Below, one piece after another: positions 18,579 to 30,313 of a stretch of 53,714 nucleotides of DNA; positions within the stretch are counted from its first letter, which is position 1; each line of letters opens with the position of its first letter. The stretch comes from an uncultured Bifidobacteriaceae bacterium. Lineage in GTDB: Bacteria; Acidobacteriota; Vicinamibacteria; Vicinamibacterales; UBA2999. Both the position numbers and the translations under genes were made by a program. The DNA is taken from positions 1 to 53,714 of the forward strand of contig CAZNOC010000003.1 of the NCBI GenBank assembly GCA_964574545.1, written 5' to 3'. Under the pieces are notes generated by a model, which made no database searches, was not told where the DNA came from, and was given only the letters and a program-made list of their open reading frames with translations.

Positions 18579-19819
18579 CGCCCCATCGTCGCCGCCAGCA
18601 GTACGACGTGCTTCGCGGTTCGCAGCATCGCCGGGATGTCGGCCCACTCATCCGCGAAGCCCCGCTGGCCGCCACGGCTCCCGCCGAGACCGATGGCGGG
18701 CGTCCCCTGGCCCAGGGCGACGTTCATGTTGGACGAGCCGGCGTTGCCGAGCCGGCCCTCCAGCCCGAGGTGCTGTGCGATGGCCACCGACGTCACAACA
18801 AGAGGCGCGCGGTCGAAGTCGGGGAGCTGGCCCCCTGGGGTGAGCTGGACGGGTTCCATGGCGAAGGCAACGCCCGTGTCCTCGGCCACGGCTTCGAGGA
18901 GCGCGCGCACGTCGGTCTCCACCGCCGACACGTGGCCGGCGTCGAGCGACCGGATATCGAGCGAGAACCAGCCCGTGCCCGGCTTGTGGTTGAATACGGC
19001 TCCGCTCTGGATCATGGCCACGTTGATGATGGTCCTCGTGTCGGCGTGCCGCGTGGGGTGGGGGAGTTGGAGGATGCGGTCCACCGCGCGGCCAATGCCC
19101 TGATTGACGTTGGGCACGCCGCCGCCGAGCGAGTGTCCCGGTGTGCCGCTTGCGACAACGCGCCACCAGTGGATCGCGATCGCGCCGTAGCTGATGCTCG
19201 TGCCGTCACCCAGGATATCCACGAACGCGATGGCGCGTTCGCGGTAGCGGGCATAGAGCGCGGCCATCCCCTTCAGCCCCGTCTCCTCCTGGGCGACAGC
19301 CGCGAACACCAGGTCGTGCTCCGGCTGGATACCGCGCGCGACGAGCGCTTCGGCCGCCGCGACCATCGCCGCCGTCGTGAGGGAGGTGTTCGTACCCGGA
19401 CCGACGACGCGGTCGCCGTCAACGCGGGGAGGTGCGCTCGCCGCGCGCTGGTGCTCGGCGACGGTCGCGAGATCGTCGAGCGTCGAGACGAAGATCAGCG
19501 CCTTGCCCGATCGGCCCGGGATCAGGCCCACCGCGTTGGGCGAATCGTCCACCACCACCTGCTGCAGCCCGACACGGCGCATCTCGGCCGCCACGGCCTC
19601 GGCGCGCTCGCGTTCCTGACCGGACGGGGAGACGATGCCGCCAATTCGCGCCAGCCATGCCGCGATGCCGTCACGTCGCTCCTCGATGTCTTCGAGGGCG
19701 CCAAGCACGGCCGGGTCGGCCAGCGCGAGCGGCAGTGGCTGCTGCGCGGGGGCGGACGACGCCGACAGTGCCACGAGCACCACGGCCACGGGGAGCGGGA
19801 ACACGCGGAAGGTCAGCAT
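18575..19819 (-). CDS. M20/M25/M40 peptidase-family protein, secreted, metal ligands degenerate
   Basis: SPSGQE, QEETG, GHS, dimerisation domain DIRS; expected HxD, D and C-terminal H ligands are substituted. Confidence 0.8.
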   Translation of the reverse strand: MLTFRVFPLPVAVVLVALSASSAPAQQPLPLALADPAVLGALEDIEERRDGIAAWLARIGGIVSPSGQERERAEAVAAEMRRVGLQQVVVDDSPNAVGLIPGRSGKALIFVSTLDDLATVAEHQRAASAPPRVDGDRVVGPGTNTSLTTAAMVAAAEALVARGIQPEHDLVFAAVAQEETGLKGMAALYARYRERAIAFVDILGDGTSISYGAIAIHWWRVVASGTPGHSLGGGVPNVNQGIGRAVDRILQLPHPTRHADTRTIINVAMIQSGAVFNHKPGTGWFSLDIRSLDAGHVSAVETDVRALLEAVAEDTGVAFAMEPVQLTPGGQLPDFDRAPLVVTSVAIAQHLGLEGRLGNAGSSNMNVALGQGTPAIGLGGSRGGQRGFADEWADIPAMLRTAKHVVLLAATMGR

Positions 19820-20001
19820 GGGCAGGCGGCGACATTGTAGCGCGACGCTCGTGCGTGCCGGACGGTGATCCTACTGGAACACCCCGACGGTGGCGAGTAT
19901 GATGAAAGACAGTCGCGCGGTCGCGCGCGTGACGTCCCCGCGTCCCCTCGACTCCTTCGGGAGCCGACTACTCCACACGAGCGCTTGGGAAGGGGCCAGC
20001 C

Positions 20002-20907
20002 ATGATCCGTGTCGATCGCATTCTTTGCCCTGTTGATCAGTCCGATATCTCCCGGCGCGCGCTCGACTACGCCGTGGTGCTCGCGAAACGCTACGGCGCA
20101 TCCGTGTGCGCCGCGGAGGTCGTGTCGGTCACCCTGCCGACGGCCGACTACCTTCCCCCGTCCGCGGAGTTCGCGCTGACCACCGGTCAGCAGCAAGCGC
20201 ACGCCGAGGCCCTCGAGGCGTTCGTGGCACCGGCGCGCCGCGACGGCGTCGCGGTCGAGACCCGCGTCAGCGGCGGGTTCATCGTCGAGCAGTTGCTGCT
20301 CGAAGCCGAGGAGTACAAGCCCGACCTGATCGTCATGGGCACCCATGGTCGATCGGGGGTGCAACGTCTGGTGCTCGGATCGGTGGCCGAGAAGATCCTG
20401 CGGCGCGCCGCCTGTCCCGTGCTGACCGTCCCCCCTGCGGTGAAGGTCGCCCCGGCGACGCTCGAGTTGCCGAAGACGATCCTCTGCCCCCTCGATTTCT
20501 CCGACGCGTCACTTCGCGCGCTCGAGTTTGCGATGTCCCTGGCTCAGGAAAGCGACGCCACGCTCATCCTGATGCACGTGGTGGATTGGGCCGCGGAGAC
20601 GTGGGCCGCCGGGACCCACGGCGCGGCGTTGGCCGACTACACGTCGGCACGAAAGGCCGAAGCGGAGCGGCTTCTCCGCGACGCCATCCCGGAGCCTGCC
20701 CGCGAGTGGTGCCAACCGGAGATTTTGGTGGTGGAAGGCAAGCCGTGGCGCCAGATCCTGCGGGTGGCCGGCGAGCGGCATGCGGACCTCGTCGTGCTGG
20801 GCGTGCTCGGCCGTGGCGCCGTGGACCTGACGCTCTTTGGCTCCACCACGCATCACGTCGTTCGTGAAGCGCCGTGCCCCGTGTTGACGGTCCGCGCCGC
20901 GGGCTGA
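20002..20907 (+). CDS. Tandem-domain universal stress protein
   Basis: Two USP repeats: ILCPxD.S, DLIVMGTHGRSG..LGSVAE..CPVLTV. Confidence 0.93.
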   Translation: MIRVDRILCPVDQSDISRRALDYAVVLAKRYGASVCAAEVVSVTLPTADYLPPSAEFALTTGQQQAHAEALEAFVAPARRDGVAVETRVSGGFIVEQLLLEAEEYKPDLIVMGTHGRSGVQRLVLGSVAEKILRRAACPVLTVPPAVKVAPATLELPKTILCPLDFSDASLRALEFAMSLAQESDATLILMHVVDWAAETWAAGTHGAALADYTSARKAEAERLLRDAIPEPAREWCQPEILVVEGKPWRQILRVAGERHADLVVLGVLGRGAVDLTLFGSTTHHVVREAPCPVLTVRAAG

Positions 20908-21014
20908 GCGGCAGACGGCAGGAGCCGGAAGGGAGGGGGCACGGACACGACGGCGGGGCCAGATCCGTGCCTCGACTTCGCGGCCGTGCGCGTGCTACAA
21001 CGGCGCCACAGACC

Positions 21015-22268
21015 ATGGCACTGTCCCTGCGCCGCGCACTGCTCGTGTCGGGATGTGTGCTGCTCGTGGCGAGCGCACCTCTCTACGCCCAGCAGACCAT
21101 CAACCTTCCCCCGGCACTCCGGGCCAGCCTCGACCGGTCCGTCGATCCCGCCCAGCGCATTCGGGTCACCGATCCTGAAGGGCGGGAGATCACGGAAGAG
21201 ACCCGCGCTCGGGTCCGAGACGGGGCCGTGGTGCTCGCGCCGCCCGCCAACCGGCCCTTCATCGTCCGGCTCGAACAGGTCGAGCGGATGACGCTGCCCG
21301 TCGATCAGGCGCGTGTCGCGTTGCCCGGGGGCCTGGTGATGCCAGGTCCGCGCGGCACGCTGCCCGCCTGGTTCCAGGTGACCGTGGGGGCGAGTCCGAG
21401 TCCCGCGGTGTGGGACGAGGCCAGTCGGCGCTACACCACGCGGTTGTGGTTCGGGCTGAGAGCCAGCGATCACGCGTCGCCCGACCTCGTGCCGGACCGT
21501 CCGGTGGCGGTCCGGCTCGACTTCCTCGGGTTGAACGCCGAACCGGTCGAGGCCTTGCAGATCGAGCGCCCGGGCCTCGAGTACGAGCGGCCGGTGGATC
21601 TGCACTTCATGCCGACGACGGCGAGCCCGACGTTGCAGGTGCGATCGAATCTGACGAGCGTTGACCTTGCCCTCGAGGTGCTGCCGCGGCTGGAGCTTCG
21701 CCCGGTGCACCTCGAGATCCCAGGCCTCGGCCTGGGCACCGTGGACGTCGTCGTCGCCCACGTGCTGCCGCACGGCGAGGCTGCGCCCGCGACGCGTGCC
21801 GTCCCCGTCTCGCTGACCATTGAAGGCGGGGCGACGCTGGACGAGCCGTCGGTGGTGATCCGCGAGGGTGACACGCAGGCGCAGTTCACGCTGCGTTCCT
21901 CGGGCCTCGGCGATGTGACGATCCGGGCAAGGGCCGGTGCGCAGTCGGACAGCACGACGATCCGGCAGACGTTTCCTCTGTTTCCGCTGCTGGCGGGCTT
22001 GTTCGGCGGCTGCCTCGGCGGATACGCGCGGAGCTTCATGCCGCGGGCGCGCCGCCGCTCGACTCCGAGGCGCGTGCTCGAGGGAGTGGTGGTGGCCTTG
22101 ATCGCGTGGATCGCGGCGGTGCTGGGCGTGGCGCAGCTCGGACTGCCGGCGGTGGTGGCGGCGACAGAGGCCGGTGCGTTTCTCGTCGGCGCGCTGGCCG
22201 GGTTCATGGGAGTCACGTTCATCGAACAGCTGACCCGAGGCAAGTCTCCGGCCCGGACGCCGGCCTGA
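21015..22268 (+). CDS. Hypothetical exported/membrane protein
   Basis: Signal peptide, beta-rich middle region, three C-terminal TM segments. Confidence 0.7.
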   Translation: MALSLRRALLVSGCVLLVASAPLYAQQTINLPPALRASLDRSVDPAQRIRVTDPEGREITEETRARVRDGAVVLAPPANRPFIVRLEQVERMTLPVDQARVALPGGLVMPGPRGTLPAWFQVTVGASPSPAVWDEASRRYTTRLWFGLRASDHASPDLVPDRPVAVRLDFLGLNAEPVEALQIERPGLEYERPVDLHFMPTTASPTLQVRSNLTSVDLALEVLPRLELRPVHLEIPGLGLGTVDVVVAHVLPHGEAAPATRAVPVSLTIEGGATLDEPSVVIREGDTQAQFTLRSSGLGDVTIRARAGAQSDSTTIRQTFPLFPLLAGLFGGCLGGYARSFMPRARRRSTPRRVLEGVVVALIAWIAAVLGVAQLGLPAVVAATEAGAFLVGALAGFMGVTFIEQLTRGKSPARTPA

Positions 22269-22319
22269 CATCGCTCATGGGCCGGTGAGCGCCTGATCCC
22301 TCCGAGCGTGAATCAGCGT

Positions 22320-22967
22320 CTACAGCCGCACCAGCCCGCGCCGCACCGCGACCGCGATCGCTTCGGTACGGCTCGAGACGCCCAGCTTGTCGAACAGGTG
22401 CGCGAGGTGCACCTTGACGGTGCCTTCGCTGATGCCGAGCCCGGCGGAGATCTCCTTGTTGGAGCGCCCGTCGGCGAGCTCGCGCAGCACCGCCAGCTCA
22501 CGCGGCGTGAGCTGCACGCGCGCGCCGCGCTCGGCCAGGCGGGCGGCCACGGCGGGGGCGACATGCGTCCGCCCGCCGAGGACATCGCGGATGCAAGCGA
22601 GCAGTCCCTCGGCCGACACGTCCTTCAGCAAGTACGCCTGGGCGCCGGCCTTGAGCGCCCGGTCGATGTCCTCGTCCGTGTCGTAGGTCGTCAGGATGAT
22701 GAGGCGGGCATCCGGCACGACCGCGCGAATCTGTCGAACGACCTCGACGCCCTCAAGACGCGGCATCCGCAGATCGATGAGTGCGACATCAGGCCTCAGT
22801 TCAACGAACAGCTCCACTGCCCGTTGGCCGTCTGGCGCTTCGGCCACGACGTCGAGGTCCGCCTCCTGGTTCAACAGGTTGGCCACGCCGTTGCGCATGA
22901 GCGCGTGGTCGTCGGCGATCAGGATGCGGGCCTTCGCAGGTGCCCGAGCCGTCCGCGGCTTCTTCAT
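22320..22967 (-). CDS. NarL/LuxR-family response regulator
   Basis: ADDH, DLRMP, YLLK receiver domain; LTPRE...SNKEI...TVKVH HTH. Confidence 0.95.
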   Translation of the reverse strand: MKKPRTARAPAKARILIADDHALMRNGVANLLNQEADLDVVAEAPDGQRAVELFVELRPDVALIDLRMPRLEGVEVVRQIRAVVPDARLIILTTYDTDEDIDRALKAGAQAYLLKDVSAEGLLACIRDVLGGRTHVAPAVAARLAERGARVQLTPRELAVLRELADGRSNKEISAGLGISEGTVKVHLAHLFDKLGVSSRTEAIAVAVRRGLVRL

Positions 22968-24790
22968 ACGGCCCGCGGGTACCCCGCGCGCGCGCGCTCG
23001 TCGGTCCAGGCGAGAATCAACTCCGTGCCGCCGCCCGGCTCGGTGACGAGGGTCAAGGAGGCGTCGATCCGCTCGGCGCGCTCCTGCATTCCCCGCACGC
23101 CGTAGCCGCTCGTGGCCCCTTCGCTCTCGAACCCCCGTCCATCGTCGCCCACGACCAGCCGGAGTCCGGTCTCGTCCGCCAACAACCGCACCCAGATGCG
23201 CGACGCGCCGGCATGACGCACCGCGTTTGTGATCGCCTCCTGCGCGATGCGCACGATCTCGTGCTCCACCGGCTCCGGCGCGCTGGGGGTGCCGGAGACC
23301 TCGAGGACCAGGGGGATGGCGGCGCCCCGCTGCGCGCCATCGACGAGCCGGGTGAAGGCGTCCCGCAGGCCGGCGCCGTCGAGCACACGCGGACGCAGCG
23401 CATGCACGGAGCGCCGCGCCTCCAGCAGGTTCTCGCGCGCCAGGTCCATCACCTGGTCAAGGCTCGACGCCACCTGCTGTGGCAGCGGGCCCCCGTGCCG
23501 GCGCACGCCCTGCACCTGCATGGCGATGGCGGCAAATCCCTGCGCCATCGTGTCGTGGATCTCGCGCGCCAGGCGGTTGCGTTCCTCGAGCACCGCCGCC
23601 TGGCGCGCCTGCTCCTGCGCCTCGTGGGCAAGGCGCGTCAACTGGATGGCCAGTGCCGCCTGCTGCGCCAACGCGCGCAGCAACTGCTGGCTGATGGCGT
23701 CGAGCGTCGTATGCTCACGGAAGGCAAGGCCCAGAAAACCGACGAGGCGTTCCCCGGCCTGAAGCGCCGTGGCCACCAGCACGCGCACGCCGCGCTCACG
23801 AAAGTGCGTCCGCGCCTCCGGCGGGAAGAAATCCAGGTCGCGCTCGATGTCGAACTGTCGCGGCTGCCGGCTCGCGCGCAGCAGCTCGAGGGCCCGCGCC
23901 TCGGCGGCGTCCGTCCTTGGGACGATCAGCGGCTCGGTGATCACGCCGTCCTCGACGTAGACGGCGCGCCGCTGCTGGCCGCTGTCGTCGAGCAGCACGA
24001 CGTAGCCGCTCGCCGCGCCGAGCTGGCGCGTGGTCTCGAGCACGAGCTGCGAAAGGAACGTCGAGAGATCCGGCTGGCTTGCGAGGTGTGTCGAGGTGCG
24101 CGCCAGCACGTCGTTGGCGGCTGCCAGTTCGCGGATCCGCCGCCGCTCGGCGTCGAGGCGCGCTGCGACGGCCGCATCCCGCTCGATGGCCCCGGCCAGG
24201 AGCGAGGCGGCGGTCTCGATGGTCGAGACCGTGGCCGGGCTCCACTCGCGGTCGGTGTGGCAGTTGTCGAAGCTCAGGACGCCCCAGAACTCGCCGTGCG
24301 CCACGATCGGCACGACGAGCACCGACCGCGTACCGTCCCGCTCCTTCAGCGCGCGGAGCGCATCGGGCATCTGTGCCGTATGCGCCTGCAGCGCCTGGCC
24401 GTCCTGGAGGCGATCGCGCCACGCCTCGCCGAACGAACAACACGACACGGGGAAGCGGCCCGGCAGTTCGGAGTGACGTACCACGCCAGGCTGCGTCCAT
24501 TCGTACGGGCAGATCACCTGATCGCTCTCACGGGTCTCTGCCAACAGCCGCCGGTACACGCTCACACGGTCGGCTCCAGAGGCTTCGCCGAGCGACGCCA
24601 GCGCGCGCGGGATCGCCACCGAAAGATTGTCCCCAGAGGTGAGCAGCGCTTCAGCCGCGCCTGCCACGCCCCGCAGCAGCGCTTCGCGGCGCTCGATGGC
24701 GTCGGTCAGTGCCGCGTGCTCAATCGCGGACTCCTCGCAGGATCCTCCCGGCGCCCCGGGTTCCGAGGGCTGGCCTGGTCTTACTGGCAT
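22964..24790 (-). CDS. GAF-domain sensor histidine kinase (HisKA_3/NarX type)
   Basis: Two GAF-like regions; ERNRLAREIHD, QEAITNAVRH, DDGRGF, G.GVRGM. Confidence 0.92.
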   Translation of the reverse strand: MPVRPGQPSEPGAPGGSCEESAIEHAALTDAIERREALLRGVAGAAEALLTSGDNLSVAIPRALASLGEASGADRVSVYRRLLAETRESDQVICPYEWTQPGVVRHSELPGRFPVSCCSFGEAWRDRLQDGQALQAHTAQMPDALRALKERDGTRSVLVVPIVAHGEFWGVLSFDNCHTDREWSPATVSTIETAASLLAGAIERDAAVAARLDAERRRIRELAAANDVLARTSTHLASQPDLSTFLSQLVLETTRQLGAASGYVVLLDDSGQQRRAVYVEDGVITEPLIVPRTDAAEARALELLRASRQPRQFDIERDLDFFPPEARTHFRERGVRVLVATALQAGERLVGFLGLAFREHTTLDAISQQLLRALAQQAALAIQLTRLAHEAQEQARQAAVLEERNRLAREIHDTMAQGFAAIAMQVQGVRRHGGPLPQQVASSLDQVMDLARENLLEARRSVHALRPRVLDGAGLRDAFTRLVDGAQRGAAIPLVLEVSGTPSAPEPVEHEIVRIAQEAITNAVRHAGASRIWVRLLADETGLRLVVGDDGRGFESEGATSGYGVRGMQERAERIDASLTLVTEPGGGTELILAWTDERARAGYPRAV

Positions 24791-24873
24791 CGTGATGATT
24801 CGATTGTCCCCGCCGGTCCTCTGAATTCGCAATAGGCCGGATGGTGGAGGGCGCCGGCCTCACGCCGCACCCG

Positions 24874-26118
<1,245 letters not shown>

Positions 26119-26182
26119 GGGATTCCCACGATCATAGCAAAGACGGGTTCGGTGCACAGACGGGCGCGCACTGCAGAACCGT

Positions 26183-26406
26183 CCGCAGATTGCGCAGATG
26201 ACGCAGATTCCGGGCCTCGCACGGCCGGCGGCATCACGTCCGCGGTCGGCCTTTGGCCGACCAGGCGCGCCCGGGTGGGGCGGGTCCTGAGTCGCCGCGG
26301 TGAATGACCGCGACTCAGGATCCGCCCTCACCCGGGCACGCCGGGCTGCAGGTCTTGACCTGCAGCCGCGGGACGACTGCATCTGCGCAATCCGCGTAAT
26401 CCGCGG
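26183..26406. repeat. Nested palindrome cluster (REP/BIME-like)
   Basis: Outer inverted 9-mer arrays (CGCAGATTG.../...CAATCCGCG) enclose three GC-rich hairpins. Confidence 0.7.
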
Positions 26407-26425
26407 ATACCCGTGAGAAACGCGC

Positions 26426-28333
26426 TCAGCCGGCCGTGCGCTCTTCGAGGGCGTGCCACCGCTCGTAGGCGGTGTGCAGCTCGGCGGCGACGACCTCCTG
26501 GCGCGCCAGGGCGACCTGGATGGCCTCGGCGCCGGTCTTGTAGAAGTCGGGCGCCGCCACGGCGGCCAGCAGCTCGGCCTGCTCGCGTTCGAGGGCTTCG
26601 ATGGTGGCCGGCAGCCGCTCGAGCTCACGCTGCTCCTTGTAGGTGAGTTTCCGTGGCGTGCCGGCCGCCAAGGGCCCAGCGACGACGCGCGCGGGGCTCG
26701 CCGGCAGGGAGGAGGGTGGCGGCGCATCCTCCGGCGGGGCGGGCCGCTGGCGCAGCCAGTCCTCGTAGCCGCCGACGTACTCGGCGACGCGGCCGTCTCC
26801 CTCGAACACGAGCGTGCTGGTGACGACGTTGTCCAGGAAGGCACGGTCGTGGCTGACGAGGAGCAGCGTCCCGGGGAATTCAGCGAGCTGAGCTTCGAGC
26901 AGCTCGAGCGTCTCGAGGTCGAGATCGTTTGTCGGTTCATCGAGCACGAGCACGTTGGCCGGCCGCGTGAAGAGCCGCGCCAGCAGCAGGCGGTTGCGCT
27001 CGCCGCCGGAGAGCGCCTTCACGGGAGACCGCGCCCGCTCGGCAGGAAACAGGAAGTCGCGCAGGTAGCCCATCACGTGCCGGGACTGGCCCTGTACCGT
27101 GATCGTGTCATTGCCATCGCCGATGGTGTCCACGACGGTGCGCTCCGGGTCGAGCTGCTCGCGCTGCTGGTCGAAGTACGCTACCTCGACGTTCGCCCCG
27201 CGCCGGATCTCGCCGGCGTCCGGCGCGATCTCCTCGAGGAGGAGCCGCAACAGCGTCGTCTTGCCGGCGCCGTTGGGTCCGATGAGACCGATCCGGTCGC
27301 CGCGCATGATCCGGGTGGAGAAGTCGCGGACCACGGCCTGGCCGCCATAGCCTTTCGACACGCCGCGCGCCTCGAGAACCATCTTGCCGGAGGGGTCGGC
27401 GAGAGCGACCTGCACGCGCACCGTTCCCATGCGCTCGCGGCGCTCCGCGCGCTCGGCCCGCATCGCCATCAGCGCGCGGACGCGCCCCTCGTTGCGCGTG
27501 CGACGGGCCTTGATGCCCTGGCGCAGCCACACTTCCTCCTCGGCCAGCTTCCGATCGAAGCGCCCGTGCTCCGCCGCCTCGTTTGCCAGCGCCTCCTCCT
27601 TGCGCCGCAAGTACACCTGGTAGTCGCCAGGCCACGACGTCAGCCGGCCCCTGTCGAGTTCGACGATCCGGGTCGCCAGGCGATCGAGGAAGGCGCGGTC
27701 GTGCGTCACGAACACCACGGCGCCCCGGTACTCGAGCAGGAATGCCTCAAGCCACAGAATGGCGTCGATGTCGAGATGGTTCGTGGGCTCGTCGAGCAGC
27801 AGGAGGTCGGGCTCGTTCACCAGCGCGCGCGCGAGCAGTACGCGCCGGCGCCAGCCGCCCGAGAGCGTGTCCACGATCTGATCGGCCGGCAGCGAAAGCC
27901 GCTCCAGCACGTACTCCACGCGTTGCTCGAGGCGCCAGCCATCCTGCTCGTCGAGCCGATGCTGGAGCCGTCCGAGCCGTGCGAGGTCGTCCTCACCGCC
28001 ATGCTCGGCAACGGCGGTCGCGGTGTGATGGTAGTCCTTGACAAGCGCTCCGAGCGCGCCGAGCCCGTCGGCGACGACATCGAACACGGGCCGGTCGGCC
28101 GAGAGCGGGACATCCTGGACGAGGCGCGCCACCCGCAAGCCTGGCGCACGCCACAGCGCACCGGTGTCGGGCGGTGTCTCACCGCTCAGGATCTGAAGCA
28201 GCGTGGACTTGCCCGTGCCGTTGCGGCCGAGAATCGCCACCCGTTCACCCGCTTCAATCTGGAGGGCGGCATCATCGAGCAGCGGGAGATGGCCGAACGC
28301 CATCGACACGTGGTCGAGCGTGACGAGGGGCAT
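26426..28333 (-). CDS. uup: ABC-F family ATPase Uup
   Basis: Two ABC cassettes ([17 protein letters not shown]; GPNGAGKT), [16 protein letters not shown] linker, [11 protein letters not shown]-terminal domain. Confidence 0.95.
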   Translation of the reverse strand: MPLVTLDHVSMAFGHLPLLDDAALQIEAGERVAILGRNGTGKSTLLQILSGETPPDTGALWRAPGLRVARLVQDVPLSADRPVFDVVADGLGALGALVKDYHHTATAVAEHGGEDDLARLGRLQHRLDEQDGWRLEQRVEYVLERLSLPADQIVDTLSGGWRRRVLLARALVNEPDLLLLDEPTNHLDIDAILWLEAFLLEYRGAVVFVTHDRAFLDRLATRIVELDRGRLTSWPGDYQVYLRRKEEALANEAAEHGRFDRKLAEEEVWLRQGIKARRTRNEGRVRALMAMRAERAERRERMGTVRVQVALADPSGKMVLEARGVSKGYGGQAVVRDFSTRIMRGDRIGLIGPNGAGKTTLLRLLLEEIAPDAGEIRRGANVEVAYFDQQREQLDPERTVVDTIGDGNDTITVQGQSRHVMGYLRDFLFPAERARSPVKALSGGERNRLLLARLFTRPANVLVLDEPTNDLDLETLELLEAQLAEFPGTLLLVSHDRAFLDNVVTSTLVFEGDGRVAEYVGGYEDWLRQRPAPPEDAPPPSSLPASPARVVAGPLAAGTPRKLTYKEQRELERLPATIEALEREQAELLAAVAAPDFYKTGAEAIQVALARQEVVAAELHTAYERWHALEERTAG

Positions 28334-28341
28334 GGGGCGCG

Positions 28342-28563
28342 TCAGTCCTCTTCGTGCCAGCCGCTGCCAACGAGATCCCGGCGGATCTCGTCGGCACGGA
28401 AGAGCGCCATCTCGAGTTCGTCGTAGTTCTCGGCCCGATCCATCGTGTCGTTGACGAAGAACGTCAGCGTGCTCTGGGGATCACCGGGGATCACGACGGC
28501 CCGGGCATGGTCGCCGCGCGGGTGATACAGGCGCCAGACCGTGGTAGGCGCGGAGAGTTCCAT
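28342..28563 (-). CDS. Hypothetical protein (73 aa)
   Basis: Strong GC3 bias; fills the gap just upstream of uup. Confidence 0.65.
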   Translation of the reverse strand: MELSAPTTVWRLYHPRGDHARAVVIPGDPQSTLTFFVNDTMDRAENYDELEMALFRADEIRRDLVGSGWHEED

Positions 28564-28626
28564 CCGACGATCATGGCAGACTTCCCCGAATTCCAGAACC
28601 TGGATCCGCGACTGGCACGGCGGACG

Positions 28627-29634
28627 TCAGCGGCTCGGCGCGGGACGGACCGGTCGATTGAGCCGGGCCGACTCGTGCAGGGCCGACAGGGTGGAGACGA
28701 GGGCGCGCGACTCGGCGAGGGAAACGACCGGCGTGGCGCCGTCCTGCACGACCGCCGCGAAATCATCCACCTCCCTGACGAACAGCTCCCGCGAGCCCTC
28801 GACGACGATGATCTGGTGGCCATCGTGTCGCCGCAGGCCGAGTTCCTCGCGCGCGGAAGGCTTGAACGGCGTTGGCACGACCAGGACGCCATCGCTGCCG
28901 GCAAGTTCCATCCAGGTCCGCGAAACCGCGCGGAAGCCGCAGTCGATGCGCGCTGTCACGCCGGAGGCGTAGCGGAGCATTGCGCTGAACGACTCGTCCA
29001 CACCCGACGACCCGAGGCTCGCCCACCCCATCACTTCCACCGGCGCGGCGCCGGCTACGAGCGACGCGAACCCCACCGGATAGCAGCCGACGTCCCACAG
29101 GCTTCCGCCGCCGAGCGACGGATCCAGGCGCACGTCGTTCCCGCGCGACCGCGGGTACGTGAACGCGCCAGTGATCGTGCGGAGATCGCCGATGGCGCCC
29201 TTGGCGAGGAGCGCAAGCACCGCTCCGGTCTGCGGCTCGTGACGGTACATGTAGCCTTCGGCCACGTGGCGCGATGCGCTCGCGGCGGCCGCGGCGACCA
29301 GGTCCAGGTCGCCCGGGTCGAGCGCGATCGGCTTCTCGCACAAGACGTGCTTGCCGGCCTCAATCGCCGTGAGCGTCCATGGCACGTGCAGGCTGTTCGG
29401 CAGCGGGACGTACACCGCGTCTACGTGAGGGTCGTTCAGGAGCGAGGCATAGGTGGGGGCTGCCCGGGGGATGCGCCACTCGCGCGCGTACGCGTCGGCC
29501 CTGCCGCGGTCCCGGCTCGCCACAGCCACCAGTTCATGGCGCGGCGATGCGCGCAGGGCCGGGATGATCCGGCGATTGATGCGGGCCGTGCCCAGAAGAC
29601 CCCAGCGCAGGGGTCGCGGGGCGACGCCCGTCAT
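28627..29634 (-). CDS. Gfo/Idh/MocA-family oxidoreductase
   Basis: LRWGLLGTARI, AVYVPLPN..H, HVLCEKP, GGSLWDVGCY. Confidence 0.92.
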   Translation of the reverse strand: MTGVAPRPLRWGLLGTARINRRIIPALRASPRHELVAVASRDRGRADAYAREWRIPRAAPTYASLLNDPHVDAVYVPLPNSLHVPWTLTAIEAGKHVLCEKPIALDPGDLDLVAAAAASASRHVAEGYMYRHEPQTGAVLALLAKGAIGDLRTITGAFTYPRSRGNDVRLDPSLGGGSLWDVGCYPVGFASLVAGAAPVEVMGWASLGSSGVDESFSAMLRYASGVTARIDCGFRAVSRTWMELAGSDGVLVVPTPFKPSAREELGLRRHDGHQIIVVEGSRELFVREVDDFAAVVQDGATPVVSLAESRALVSTLSALHESARLNRPVRPAPSR

Positions 29635-30173
29635 TGCCTGGACCGCGCCTGCATCCGCCGGTTGAACTCCTCCGACTGCCCACGGGGGATCGACAGCGTC
29701 TGCCACGTGGCACCCTTCAGGTGCCTGGCGATCAGCACGATCTGATACGCGTGCCCCGCGTAGTGGACGATCTGGCGGCAGATGGCCTTGTGGACGGTGT
29801 GCGGCTCGCTGCGGATATGCACGATACGCGTCAGGTCCGAGTCCTGGAGGGGCGCCAGCGCGTCGAAGACCAGCCGCCACCCCGCCTCCCACTCCTCTCG
29901 CAGTTCGTCGCGGGTGAGCGGCGCGTCTTCGAACTCCTGGTCGCGCTGACGGTCCGGCTTTTCGCCGTCACTTGTCAGGAAGTCCGTCCATCGCGACCGC
30001 ATGTTGCCGGCCATGTGCCGCATCAGCACGGCCACGCTGTTCCCGTCGGCGTCCAGCCGCACGTGCAACGCTGCATCGTCGAGCTGGGCGATCGCCTTGT
30101 CGGCGAGCTTCTTGACCTTGCGGAGTTCGTCGATGGAGGTGGCAAGCAGGGAGTCAGGTGCGTCAGGTGTCAC
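29631..30173 (-). CDS. DUF1572 / DinB-like protein
   Basis: NSVAVLMRHMAGNMRSRWTDFLTSDGEKPDR.RD.EF, HY..H..QI, SIPRG. Confidence 0.88.
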   Translation of the reverse strand: MTPDAPDSLLATSIDELRKVKKLADKAIAQLDDAALHVRLDADGNSVAVLMRHMAGNMRSRWTDFLTSDGEKPDRQRDQEFEDAPLTRDELREEWEAGWRLVFDALAPLQDSDLTRIVHIRSEPHTVHKAICRQIVHYAGHAYQIVLIARHLKGATWQTLSIPRGQSEEFNRRMQARSRQ

Positions 30174-30313
30174 GGGTGCCTCCGAAGCGGGTCGGTCTCG
30201 CGCTCTTCGGGCCGCCGGGCCGAGGGCGGCATCGGCGGCGATGATACCGGATTCACGAGCGGCACGCAGGCTCGTCATGTCCCCGTTGCGGAGCTCTGGT
30301 ATCGTATCCGCCC

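Noticed and set aside
26119-26940. Long N-terminal extension of IspG
   Set aside because: It runs through palindromic repeats and an alternative frame of uup; the real start is ATG 26118
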